A stretch of DNA of 64,000 nt from Bryobacterales bacterium (GTDB taxonomy: Bacteria; Acidobacteriota; Terriglobia; Bryobacterales; UBA6623): NCBI GenBank assembly GCA_965242705.1, contig OZ251486.1, forward strand, positions 64,580-128,579, in the 5' to 3' direction. Position 1 is the stretch's first letter. Each line of letters opens with the position of its first letter. The notes below the pieces were generated by a model. That model was not told where the DNA came from. It searched no databases and saw nothing but the letters and a program-made list of their open reading frames with translations. This document shows positions 1-7,189 of this stretch, in pieces. Both the position numbers and the translations under genes were made by a program.

Positions 1-840
1 CGCCGCATAAGTCAAATCAATGCGGCCGAACTCCCCGATCAAAAATGCTTCAACACGCCGCCCTATGCCGATTCCGAGATGCTGCGTTACATCGAGGCGC
101 TCCCCTCCGCAGACCCCCTCAGCGGCCCCCTGAGCGGTGTTGTGTACAGCAACGAAGCCCTTGCGCTGTCCTTCCGCGCAAGAGCCTCATGCCGATACTT
201 GCCGGGATTTCGAGACCCGCCGGCCGACGCCCGCCTCGACGCCGGGCAGAAGCGGGTGGCGGCGATGCTTGCCGACGCCCCGCACGGCGCTTGGGTGGTC
301 TGGCTCGAAAGCGAGTACCGCGATAATCTTACCGGCTATGGCGCAGCTTGGCTGAGCACGCTCCCCAACCTGGAACCGGCGGCGCAAACGGCCGACGGCG
401 CCGTGTTCAAGGTCAGCACGGACGCCGCGCCCCGCCCGAATCCGTATCGAGCCGCGCTGCGCGCGGCAACCGCAAATCCAGGGGTCGCAAATCAACGAGC
501 CGCAAACCCGGGCGCGCAAACCGCAAGCCAAGCCGGTTTCAACGTGTATTGGCGGGGCAAGGAGTTGGTTTACATCAAGCAAGAGTGCTTGGAGCAGGAC
601 GCGCGGACGCGCTTTTTCCTGCACGTTTGGCCGCAAGACGAGGCCGTGCTTGCCGCCGATCGCAAGCCGTACGGGATGGACAATCTGGACTTCCACTTCC
701 GCAAATACGGTGTGGCGCTCGACGGCGCCTGCGTGGCTGTCCGCCCCCTGCCCGACTATGCCGCCGCCCGCATCCGCACGGGACAGTTCACGCAAAAAGA
801 AGGCGCGGCGTGGCAAACCGAACTCACCCCCAACCCCTGA
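1..840 (+). CDS. hypothetical protein; 5' end probably lies outside the window
   Basis: ORF track 79..840. The same frame stays open back to base 1 with no stop. No recognisable catalytic motif. Confidence 0.45.
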   Translation, partial: RRISQINAAELPDQKCFNTPPYADSEMLRYIEALPSADPLSGPLSGVVYSNEALALSFRARASCRYLPGFRDPPADARLDAGQKRVAAMLADAPHGAWVVWLESEYRDNLTGYGAAWLSTLPNLEPAAQTADGAVFKVSTDAAPRPNPYRAALRAATANPGVANQRAANPGAQTASQAGFNVYWRGKELVYIKQECLEQDARTRFFLHVWPQDEAVLAADRKPYGMDNLDFHFRKYGVALDGACVAVRPLPDYAAARIRTGQFTQKEGAAWQTELTPNP

Positions 841-900
841 CCCGCCGACCGGCGGCGCGGGCTCCGCTCGCCTCTTGTGCAGACCTTCCTTAATGAAACT

Positions 901-1102
901 CTGCGCAGCCGTCAAGCATGACGGGGTTCATGCAGGTAAAAGAAGGGCTTCATGCAAAGTTTGCTCACTTTGCGCGCCTATGCGCGCCTATGCGCACTTA
1001 TTTTCGAAGTCGCGCCGCCGAAAATCGACCGGATGCCTTCAGATCTCTCTTCACTGAAGCCGTGCGGTTCCCCCTAACCCCTGCCGCGCGAAGCGCGGCC
1101 CG
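901..1102 (+). repeat. copy 1 of a ~200-bp structured intergenic repeat family (MITE/REP-like)
   Basis: Shares these blocks with copies at 2643-2856, 27298-27503 and 56486-56660: ctgcgcagccgtcaag..tgacggggttcatgc, cacttattttcga, gaaatcgaccgg, cactgaagccgtgcggttcccc and the terminal hairpin ccgcgcgaagcgcgg. Confidence 0.85.
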
Positions 1103-1118
1103 GCCGCCATCTGCTTGT

Positions 1119-1499
1119 TCAGGGCTTTTCTGAGCGGGGAAACCCGCCGAGCTTGGCCTGCAAGGCGCGCGCGGCATCCTCGGCCAGCAGGGCGGCATGC
1201 TTCGATTCATTGGGCAGGCCGTCAAGAGCCGCCTCGACGGCGGCGCCGCCGACCGCCGGCAGCGCATCGACCGCGGTGCCCTCGAGCAGCTCGGTCAGCG
1301 CCGAGCCGGCGGCGATGGAGGCCGTGCAGCCCCGCGCCTTGTAACGGACGGCAACGATTCGCCCATCCTCGACCCGCGCGGCAAGCTCGAGAATATCGCC
1401 GCACACCGGGTTTTCCACGCGAACCTCGACCGCGGGCGCGGGCAAGCCGCCGACGTTGCGCGGGTTCTGAAAGTGATCGAGCAGCCGCGCGCTGTACAT
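1119..1499 (-). CDS. iscU: IscU/NifU-like Fe-S cluster scaffold protein
   Basis: 126 aa with DHFQNPRNVG, PVCGD, ARGCTASIA and LLAEDA blocks typical of U-type scaffolds. The usual HC near the C-terminus reads HA here. Confidence 0.8.
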   Translation of the reverse strand: MYSARLLDHFQNPRNVGGLPAPAVEVRVENPVCGDILELAARVEDGRIVAVRYKARGCTASIAAGSALTELLEGTAVDALPAVGGAAVEAALDGLPNESKHAALLAEDAARALQAKLGGFPRSEKP

Positions 1500-1501
1500 G
1501 G

Positions 1502-1993
1502 CTATTCGCTGACCTGCCGCAGCGTCGTCTTGCGGCCGCGGTAATCGACCGTGTGGAAAATCAGTTCCCTGCGCATGTCGAGCTCGTGCTTGGGAATGGC
1601 GAAACGGGCGGCGGCAAGGGCGCGAACGCTCTCGCCGGGCGGGATTTCCTGCCTGTCGACCATCGGTTCGTCTTTCATGCCGCCGAGCGCCGGATAGTAG
1701 CGAAACAACTGCCGGATGTCGAAAACGCTGATGATTTTCCCCATCAGGCGGTTTCCCTGCGCATCGACGACCTCCATCTCCCGGCGGCCGACCGAGACGT
1801 CGTAGTTCGAGCTGTTGACCGCGCGGATGTTGACGATTGCGACGGAGTTGGCCTTGTCCATGCCCAGCGTCCTGACCGCGGTGATTTCGCCGCTCAGCGC
1901 GGGCGTGGCGCCGGAGTTGTAAACGATGATGCCGCCCGCAACGACCGTTGCGCCGAGCAGTCCGCCGAATACTTTTGGCCGGTTCAGGTTCAT
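1502..1993 (-). CDS. hypothetical membrane-anchored protein
   Basis: 163-aa ORF with an N-terminal hydrophobic helix (FGGLLGATVVAGGIIV). It lies 2 nt upstream of iscU on the same strand. Confidence 0.55.
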   Translation of the reverse strand: MNLNRPKVFGGLLGATVVAGGIIVYNSGATPALSGEITAVRTLGMDKANSVAIVNIRAVNSSNYDVSVGRREMEVVDAQGNRLMGKIISVFDIRQLFRYYPALGGMKDEPMVDRQEIPPGESVRALAAARFAIPKHELDMRRELIFHTVDYRGRKTTLRQVSE

Positions 1994-2033
1994 GGAAAGC
2001 GCGCGGCTGCCTACATTTTACAGCGGCGGAAAA

Positions 2034-2444
2034 TCAGGGCGCTGCAAAGAGAGCCGTTTTCCATCCCGAATGCACCTGGAAGCCGAGGCGCTCGAAGAAC
2101 TCGGGTTCGCTCGAAACGGCCAGAAGCTGCCGGACGCCGCGCTCGCGGGCGCGTTCCCGGCACTTTTCCACCAAACCGACGGCGATCCCGCGGCCGCGGT
2201 GCTCGCGGCTGACGGCAAGGCTGCGCACTTCCGCCAGTCTTGGGGAATAGACCTGCAACGCGCAGCAGCCTACGATTTCGCCGTCACGCGTGGCCACGAA
2301 AAACGAAGGCAGGCGGGGCAGGCTCTCTTGGTCGAGTTCGCCCGGAAAGGCGGCGATGAGGCGGCGGATTGCAGGCATGTCGCCGCGCTTCGCCGGGCGA
2401 ATCGTCAGCCCGCCGCTTGCGCCGGAAGACCGGCTCTCAAACAT
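2034..2444 (-). CDS. GNAT family N-acetyltransferase
   Basis: Internal ATG (residue 164) of ORF 2034..2933. Acetyl-CoA binding block RGRGIAVGLVEKCRERARERG. The longer ORF reads through the repeat copy and was not used. Confidence 0.75.
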   Translation of the reverse strand: MFESRSSGASGGLTIRPAKRGDMPAIRRLIAAFPGELDQESLPRLPSFFVATRDGEIVGCCALQVYSPRLAEVRSLAVSREHRGRGIAVGLVEKCRERARERGVRQLLAVSSEPEFFERLGFQVHSGWKTALFAAP

Positions 2445-2642
2445 GCTTTCATTATGTCGGGGGCGCGCCCCGCGACCGCCGCGCAAAGCGCGGCCCGACC
2501 CGCGGCCCGTGGAATAGCGGAGAAAGCCAAGGCCAGCGCGGCGAGGCAACAGGCCGCCGGCACTTTCGCGCGATCCAAGCCGCCGCCAAGCCGCCGCCGT
2601 CTTGCGCTGCGCATCCCTTCCGGTAAAGTAGCACGCGAAAAC

Positions 2643-2856
2643 GGGGCCGCGCTTCGCGCGGCAGGGATTAGGGGTTGGGGGTTGGGGGGAACCGCACGGC
2701 TTCAGGGAAGCGAGGGCTGAAGGCATCCGGTCGATTTCGGCGGGGCGGCGTCGAAAATAAGTGATCATTGGTGAACATTGGCGAGCAAGGTGAACAATCC
2801 GTGCATGAAGCGCTTCTTTTCGTTCCATGAACCCCTTCGTACTTGACGGCGGCGCC
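2643..2856 (-). repeat. copy 2 of the ~200-bp repeat family (inverted relative to copy 1)
   Basis: Reverse-complement match to copy 1 blocks. Starts with hairpin ggccgcgcttcgcgcggc, followed by four G-runs at 2664-2689. Sits 29 nt past the stop of the DGQHR gene. Confidence 0.85.
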
Positions 2857-2884
2857 CGGCTGTGATTGGGGCCGCGGGTTGCGC

Positions 2885-4363
2885 TCAGCCGCCGGCCATG
2901 ACGCGCGCGCGCATGTTCACGGCCTCTTGCCACATTTCATCGAGATATTCGCCGTCCGCCGGTCCGTCATGATGCAGGAGGAGTTCCTGCCATTTCTTGC
3001 GAAGTTCAGTCGTTTGTTCCTCGTCGAGCGAATCGAGATTCAGCATCCAGCGAAGGATATTTTCGGCAACCTGGGCGGCGCTTTTGCGGTCTTCGCTGCG
3101 CATGCGCCAGTGATCGCCGCGCGATACGAGCAGGAGATGGCGCCAAGGGGCATCGTGCAGTTCCCATGAAACCCGAGAGAGCGGCTCCAGAGCCGACTTC
3201 ATCCGTTCGACATCCGCGCGTCCGCCTTGCGGGAAGCCGTCATCGAGCAAGGCGCGCACGAGCTTGGCGAAAAGTTCCTGGCCGATGGGCCAGAACACAA
3301 GGTGGTCGTGAAGGTGATCGTGAAGATCGCCCTCCCAACCTTCCTCGGCATGGCAGATCAGATGCACACCGACGCTCTCGATCCGTTGGTAGGGGGCAAG
3401 TCCCTTGTAATCTTCCCTGTCATGGCATCTCATAAGCAAAGGATTCCGTTTCAGATCTGGGAGCGTTTCCAGGATTGCGTCCCAGTACGCCGACAATTCC
3501 GCGTAGGCATCGTCAATGAAATCTTCTTCCGGGCGAATCTGCTTGTCCATGCTTCCGCCGTCTGAAAACCACCCTCGATTTATGCGTTCCCGCGTCGTGA
3601 GAAGAGTTTCGTTCATTGCATAGAGCGTTTGCAGCGCGGTGAAATGAGAATCATTGCTTTTCAGGTTTTTCCCCTTCGTCAGAACCTTGAAAGATTCCTT
3701 TTCCCTGCCCGGCGCGCGGAAAAAATCGTGGTCGGTAATCAGGCGGCGGGTCAAAATGGCGAAAAGGTCGTCTTCGTCCATGATGATGTTGGTGTCGCGG
3801 TCGGTCGGCTTGGCGTAGCGGTTCAAACTGGAAAACAGCCTGCGGTACCGCCGCAGCCACTCCCTTTCGGATACGTCGTGATCTTCGCGCAAAACCACGA
3901 TTACGGAAAGAAAATCTTCGTCGAAGCCCGCGGGAGGATTCTCGCGGGTGTTTCCGTTGACAAGCAATTTGACGGCATGTACGCGGTGCTGGCCGTCAAG
4001 CGCGTAATACTTGGGTTCATCGCAGAAAGAAAGAATGCCGAAAGTTTCTCCAAGAGATTTTGCAAGACTCTCGGGCACGGCGGACGGGTCTATTCTTGAA
4101 AGAGGAGTCCACGCCGGCTTTCCATCCATGGCGGCGACCACAATGGATGAGAAAAAGCGATCTTCTCTGCGCACCAGATAGCCGACGATATCTTTCTTGA
4201 CGCGGTTTTCCCCGAGAGTTCTCTGAATGGCGTCGCTCAGGGTCTTGTCTTGGTAAATATCGTGGGCAAGATCGACCTCGTGCGCGATCTCGCGCATCTT
4301 CATGCGCACGATAAAATAGTTCCAGTTTCCCATTTGGGCGCGAATCGCCGGGTAGATTTTCAT
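2885..4363 (-). CDS. DGQHR-domain protein (DndB-like / Pbe-type, ParB-Srx superfamily)
   Basis: 492 aa with the literal motif YALDGQHRVHAV and an N-terminal FPAIR-like start (YPAIRAQMGNWNYFIV). Last gene of the 8-gene operon. Confidence 0.8.
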   Translation of the reverse strand: MKIYPAIRAQMGNWNYFIVRMKMREIAHEVDLAHDIYQDKTLSDAIQRTLGENRVKKDIVGYLVRREDRFFSSIVVAAMDGKPAWTPLSRIDPSAVPESLAKSLGETFGILSFCDEPKYYALDGQHRVHAVKLLVNGNTRENPPAGFDEDFLSVIVVLREDHDVSEREWLRRYRRLFSSLNRYAKPTDRDTNIIMDEDDLFAILTRRLITDHDFFRAPGREKESFKVLTKGKNLKSNDSHFTALQTLYAMNETLLTTRERINRGWFSDGGSMDKQIRPEEDFIDDAYAELSAYWDAILETLPDLKRNPLLMRCHDREDYKGLAPYQRIESVGVHLICHAEEGWEGDLHDHLHDHLVFWPIGQELFAKLVRALLDDGFPQGGRADVERMKSALEPLSRVSWELHDAPWRHLLLVSRGDHWRMRSEDRKSAAQVAENILRWMLNLDSLDEEQTTELRKKWQELLLHHDGPADGEYLDEMWQEAVNMRARVMAGG

Positions 4364-4373
4364 GGCGGCCTCC

Positions 4374-4823
4374 TTACTCGCCTTGGATCATTTCGGCGAC
4401 CTCATCGGAGAGATGATCGAGCGCCGCATCTTCTCCGCATTCTTTCAGAATCGTTATCAATCGAGGCAGGCCGGCAAGGGCATACGCATTGGCGATACGC
4501 AGCATTTCGTTGGGATCCTGAGCCACATCCACATTGCCGGTGTGCGCTATCGCCAGAAGGATGAGCGCATCGGAACGCCAAGGGTCACTGCTCAAGGCGA
4601 CTCCTTCCATGGCCTTGTAGAGCTTGCTTTTGGTTTTGGTTTCCGGCTTAAGCCCTTCCCTGACCGCGAGGCAAACCGCGAAAAACCACATATCCACATT
4701 CCGCGGGAAGGGGCTGTCTTCCGGATTATTTCGCGATCCTTCGGCGCGCGTCAGACAATAGGCATGGAAATATTCCCGATACTTTTCGGGCAGCATAATA
4801 GCGGTTCTGTCAAACGCGTTCAC
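4374..4823 (-). CDS. small acidic protein; possibly the Dnd/Pbe-associated small subunit
   Basis: 149-aa ORF, 10 nt upstream of the DGQHR gene and 9 nt downstream of the DndD-like gene. No motif I can name; the assignment rests on position only. Confidence 0.45.
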   Translation of the reverse strand: MNAFDRTAIMLPEKYREYFHAYCLTRAEGSRNNPEDSPFPRNVDMWFFAVCLAVREGLKPETKTKSKLYKAMEGVALSSDPWRSDALILLAIAHTGNVDVAQDPNEMLRIANAYALAGLPRLITILKECGEDAALDHLSDEVAEMIQGE

Positions 4824-4832
4824 TGATCCCTC

Positions 4833-6947
4833 CTAACTCTTTTCGCCATCCACTTCTTTCGCTGCAATGGTCTCACGACGTTCGCAAATTTTGCAGTACT
4901 GCCGGTGGCCGCAGCCGCAAAGCAAAACCCTGGTGTCTTTCACGCTCGGCTTGTTGATGAGAATTTTTGGGTAATGCGCAGGGTTGGTAAACGTGTAAGA
5001 TTGCCCGGCATAGGTATCGAGGATACCTTCACATCCTTTAATTTCGTCATGCGTCAAAAAAAGGATGAGTTGCGAACTCTGCCGCACCGTATATTGCAGG
5101 ATGGCGGTTTTCACAAAGCCGGCCGCCATACCCAAGGGCGTATCGATCACATTCGGAGCGCTTACTTCGCTCACTTTGGTTAACGCCAAGATGAAAGCAA
5201 TGGTAAGCGCCCTGCGGGATGCGCCGTTCAAATCCTGCGACGGATCGAGAGGTTGTTCGTGTCGGCCGAATACGACAATTTTGAAATCCGATGTAATCTC
5301 CACTCGGATTATTATGGATCTCTGCGATGCATCCGCGCCGATCATGCCCAGGAACAAAGCGTTCATTTTTTCACTGACTTTACGGAGCTCGCTGGTTTTC
5401 ATTGCCTCCAAAGAATTTCCCAGAATGTCTTGCAGGTCTTGGGCAACTTCAAGCTCGGCGGCAAATCTTGCTCCCTGTTTGTCTTTGCTCAAGAGTTTTG
5501 CGCGTTCAGCTTCCAGTGACTGGCTTTCCCGCCGCTTCGATTCGAGCCGGGAGCTGAGGCGTATCTCTTGATCGCGAGCATCTCTGGATTGGTTGCGGTA
5601 GCGGTCTCTTGTAGTCCTTAGCTGCTGGGTGTCACTATCGGGAATCTGTGCGATTTTTGCCTCCACCGCCCGCTCGGCTTGCCCATAATGCTTGCGTCTT
5701 TTTTCAGCGTCTTGACGCCGTGCGAATGCTTCTGCGTGTTTATCGGCCCATGTCCGATCTCCGACCGGCGACAAAAGTTCTTGCGCGCTGAAGAAGAGCG
5801 CCGTAACTTTCTCTTGAATTGCGTCCGAGTTCCGGCTTTTTTCGATCAGGAGTTGGATGTTCTCCCTGCGTTTCTTCCCATCGGCATTGTGCGTATCGAG
5901 ACTCTCGCCGCAAATGCAATCGGGTTGGTTCAGGCGTTCCTCAAGAACAGGAATTGTCTGACTGGGAATCTTGCCTTGGGCGCGCAGCCGCTCCAGAATC
6001 CCTTTGGCCTTGGCAAACGGCTCGGACAACAGATGCTTGCCGAGCAGTTTACTTTGGAACAAATTCGTATGATCATGGGCAGCCCGCTCGGAATCTTTTT
6101 CGGCCAGTTTTCGCCCTCGAACAGCTTCTTCTCTCCGTTTTTCGAGGTCTTCCCTGTTGCCCTTGCGCAAGGCTTCTGAAAGCTCGTCATCGGCTTTCGA
6201 TGCAAGGCCGTCAAGGTTCATACGGATTTCTTTGGCCTTTTTGATATCTTCCTCAAGCTCTGGAATTTCCTCCTGGAGTTGCGCCAAGCGTTTCGTCACT
6301 TCGTCAAGCTGCTTGCCGCCGCCAACACCTTTCGGAATTTTCTGGTTGATGACTCTGCGAACTGTGCGCAGGTGGTCGCGGGCGTCTTCGATCACTCCAA
6401 CACCCAAAAGCTGGAGAATTGCGTTTTGGACCCGCTTCGTTTGATCTCCCCCCTCAATGAAGCTCAAAGCTCGGTCGCCGTCAGTGAAGAACACCTCGCG
6501 CAAGTCCATTGGGAGATGGGATTGGATGTGCGCTTCGGCATGGTCAAGCGGCTCCGCGCCTCTTGATTCCATGTTGTACAAACTGATATTGTCGTTCTGC
6601 CTATCCCATTTCCCGCCGGCAACTTTTTCGGTAACCTGCCGAATCAACCGATACTTTCTCTCTCGGCCATGCTTGTCCAGCGTCACGTAATCGACTTCAA
6701 CAGAAATGGCAGGAGAAGCTTCTTCACCGCTAGAGGCATCCAACGGACTCAAGCGAAAATCCCTTCCCGGATCCGGCAATCCTTGGTCTCCGAAAAGCCC
6801 CCATTGCAGAGCATGCAGCAGCGTCGTCTTGCCGCTCTCGTTGGCGGCGCGGATTACCGTGAGATTGCGGTCAGTTTTGGTTGAAAAATCAATCTCGACA
6901 TCTTTCAGAAGTCGAAAATTTTCAATGTGCGCACGCAACAGTTTCAT
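4833..6947 (-). CDS. DndD-like SMC/ABC-type ATPase
   Basis: 704 aa. N-terminal IENFRLLKDVEIDF...ANESGKTTLLHALQWGLFG (Walker A). Long coiled-coil middle rich in E/K/R/L. C-terminal Walker B LILFLTHDE. Cys cluster CGCGHRQYCKICERRE at the tail. Confidence 0.8.
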   Translation of the reverse strand: MKLLRAHIENFRLLKDVEIDFSTKTDRNLTVIRAANESGKTTLLHALQWGLFGDQGLPDPGRDFRLSPLDASSGEEASPAISVEVDYVTLDKHGRERKYRLIRQVTEKVAGGKWDRQNDNISLYNMESRGAEPLDHAEAHIQSHLPMDLREVFFTDGDRALSFIEGGDQTKRVQNAILQLLGVGVIEDARDHLRTVRRVINQKIPKGVGGGKQLDEVTKRLAQLQEEIPELEEDIKKAKEIRMNLDGLASKADDELSEALRKGNREDLEKRREEAVRGRKLAEKDSERAAHDHTNLFQSKLLGKHLLSEPFAKAKGILERLRAQGKIPSQTIPVLEERLNQPDCICGESLDTHNADGKKRRENIQLLIEKSRNSDAIQEKVTALFFSAQELLSPVGDRTWADKHAEAFARRQDAEKRRKHYGQAERAVEAKIAQIPDSDTQQLRTTRDRYRNQSRDARDQEIRLSSRLESKRRESQSLEAERAKLLSKDKQGARFAAELEVAQDLQDILGNSLEAMKTSELRKVSEKMNALFLGMIGADASQRSIIIRVEITSDFKIVVFGRHEQPLDPSQDLNGASRRALTIAFILALTKVSEVSAPNVIDTPLGMAAGFVKTAILQYTVRQSSQLILFLTHDEIKGCEGILDTYAGQSYTFTNPAHYPKILINKPSVKDTRVLLCGCGHRQYCKICERRETIAAKEVDGEKS

Positions 6948-7189
6948 GAATTTTTCCTTTTGGTCGTCTGGGGTTTGTGACGAGAGCGGTAGAGAAACAT
7001 GCCGACCGTATTCACTTTGTCGGTGATCTGCTTGACTACCGTGGTGCGAGTTATTCTATGCCCGCGTTCCGCTTGCAGGACTTCTCCGAGCAGATGGACA
7101 AATTCTTTTTTGTATCCAGGACACCGTTCCGGAACCTTCTTGAGTTCCTCAAGCAAAACCTTGATAACCTTTTTGTCGTTGTAGGCCAT
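6944..7189 (-). CDS. small basic hypothetical protein (81 aa), translationally coupled on both sides
   Basis: Internal ATG of ORF 6944..7456. Its start overlaps the helicase stop by 1 nt, and its stop overlaps the DndD-like start by 4 nt (ATGA). Confidence 0.55.
   Translation of the reverse strand: MAYNDKKVIKVLLEELKKVPERCPGYKKEFVHLLGEVLQAERGHRITRTTVVKQITDKVNTVGMFLYRSRHKPQTTKRKNS

Noticed and set aside
2664-2689. Telomere-like GGGGTT / GGGGTTA repeats.
   Set aside because: They are 2-4 units embedded in a dispersed bacterial intergenic repeat, not terminal arrays. They are noted only as G-tract variation within the repeat family.
2034-2933. Full 299-aa ORF extending the GNAT gene upstream through repeat copy 2. 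N-terminal extensions of ORFs 24517..26280, 43579..45624, 39488..41206, 57921..59444 and 60759..62246 are similar cases.
   Set aside because: The extensions cross repeats, intergenic regions or neighbouring genes and are compositionally junk. Internal ATG or GTG starts give proteins of canonical length that begin at conserved N-terminal motifs.
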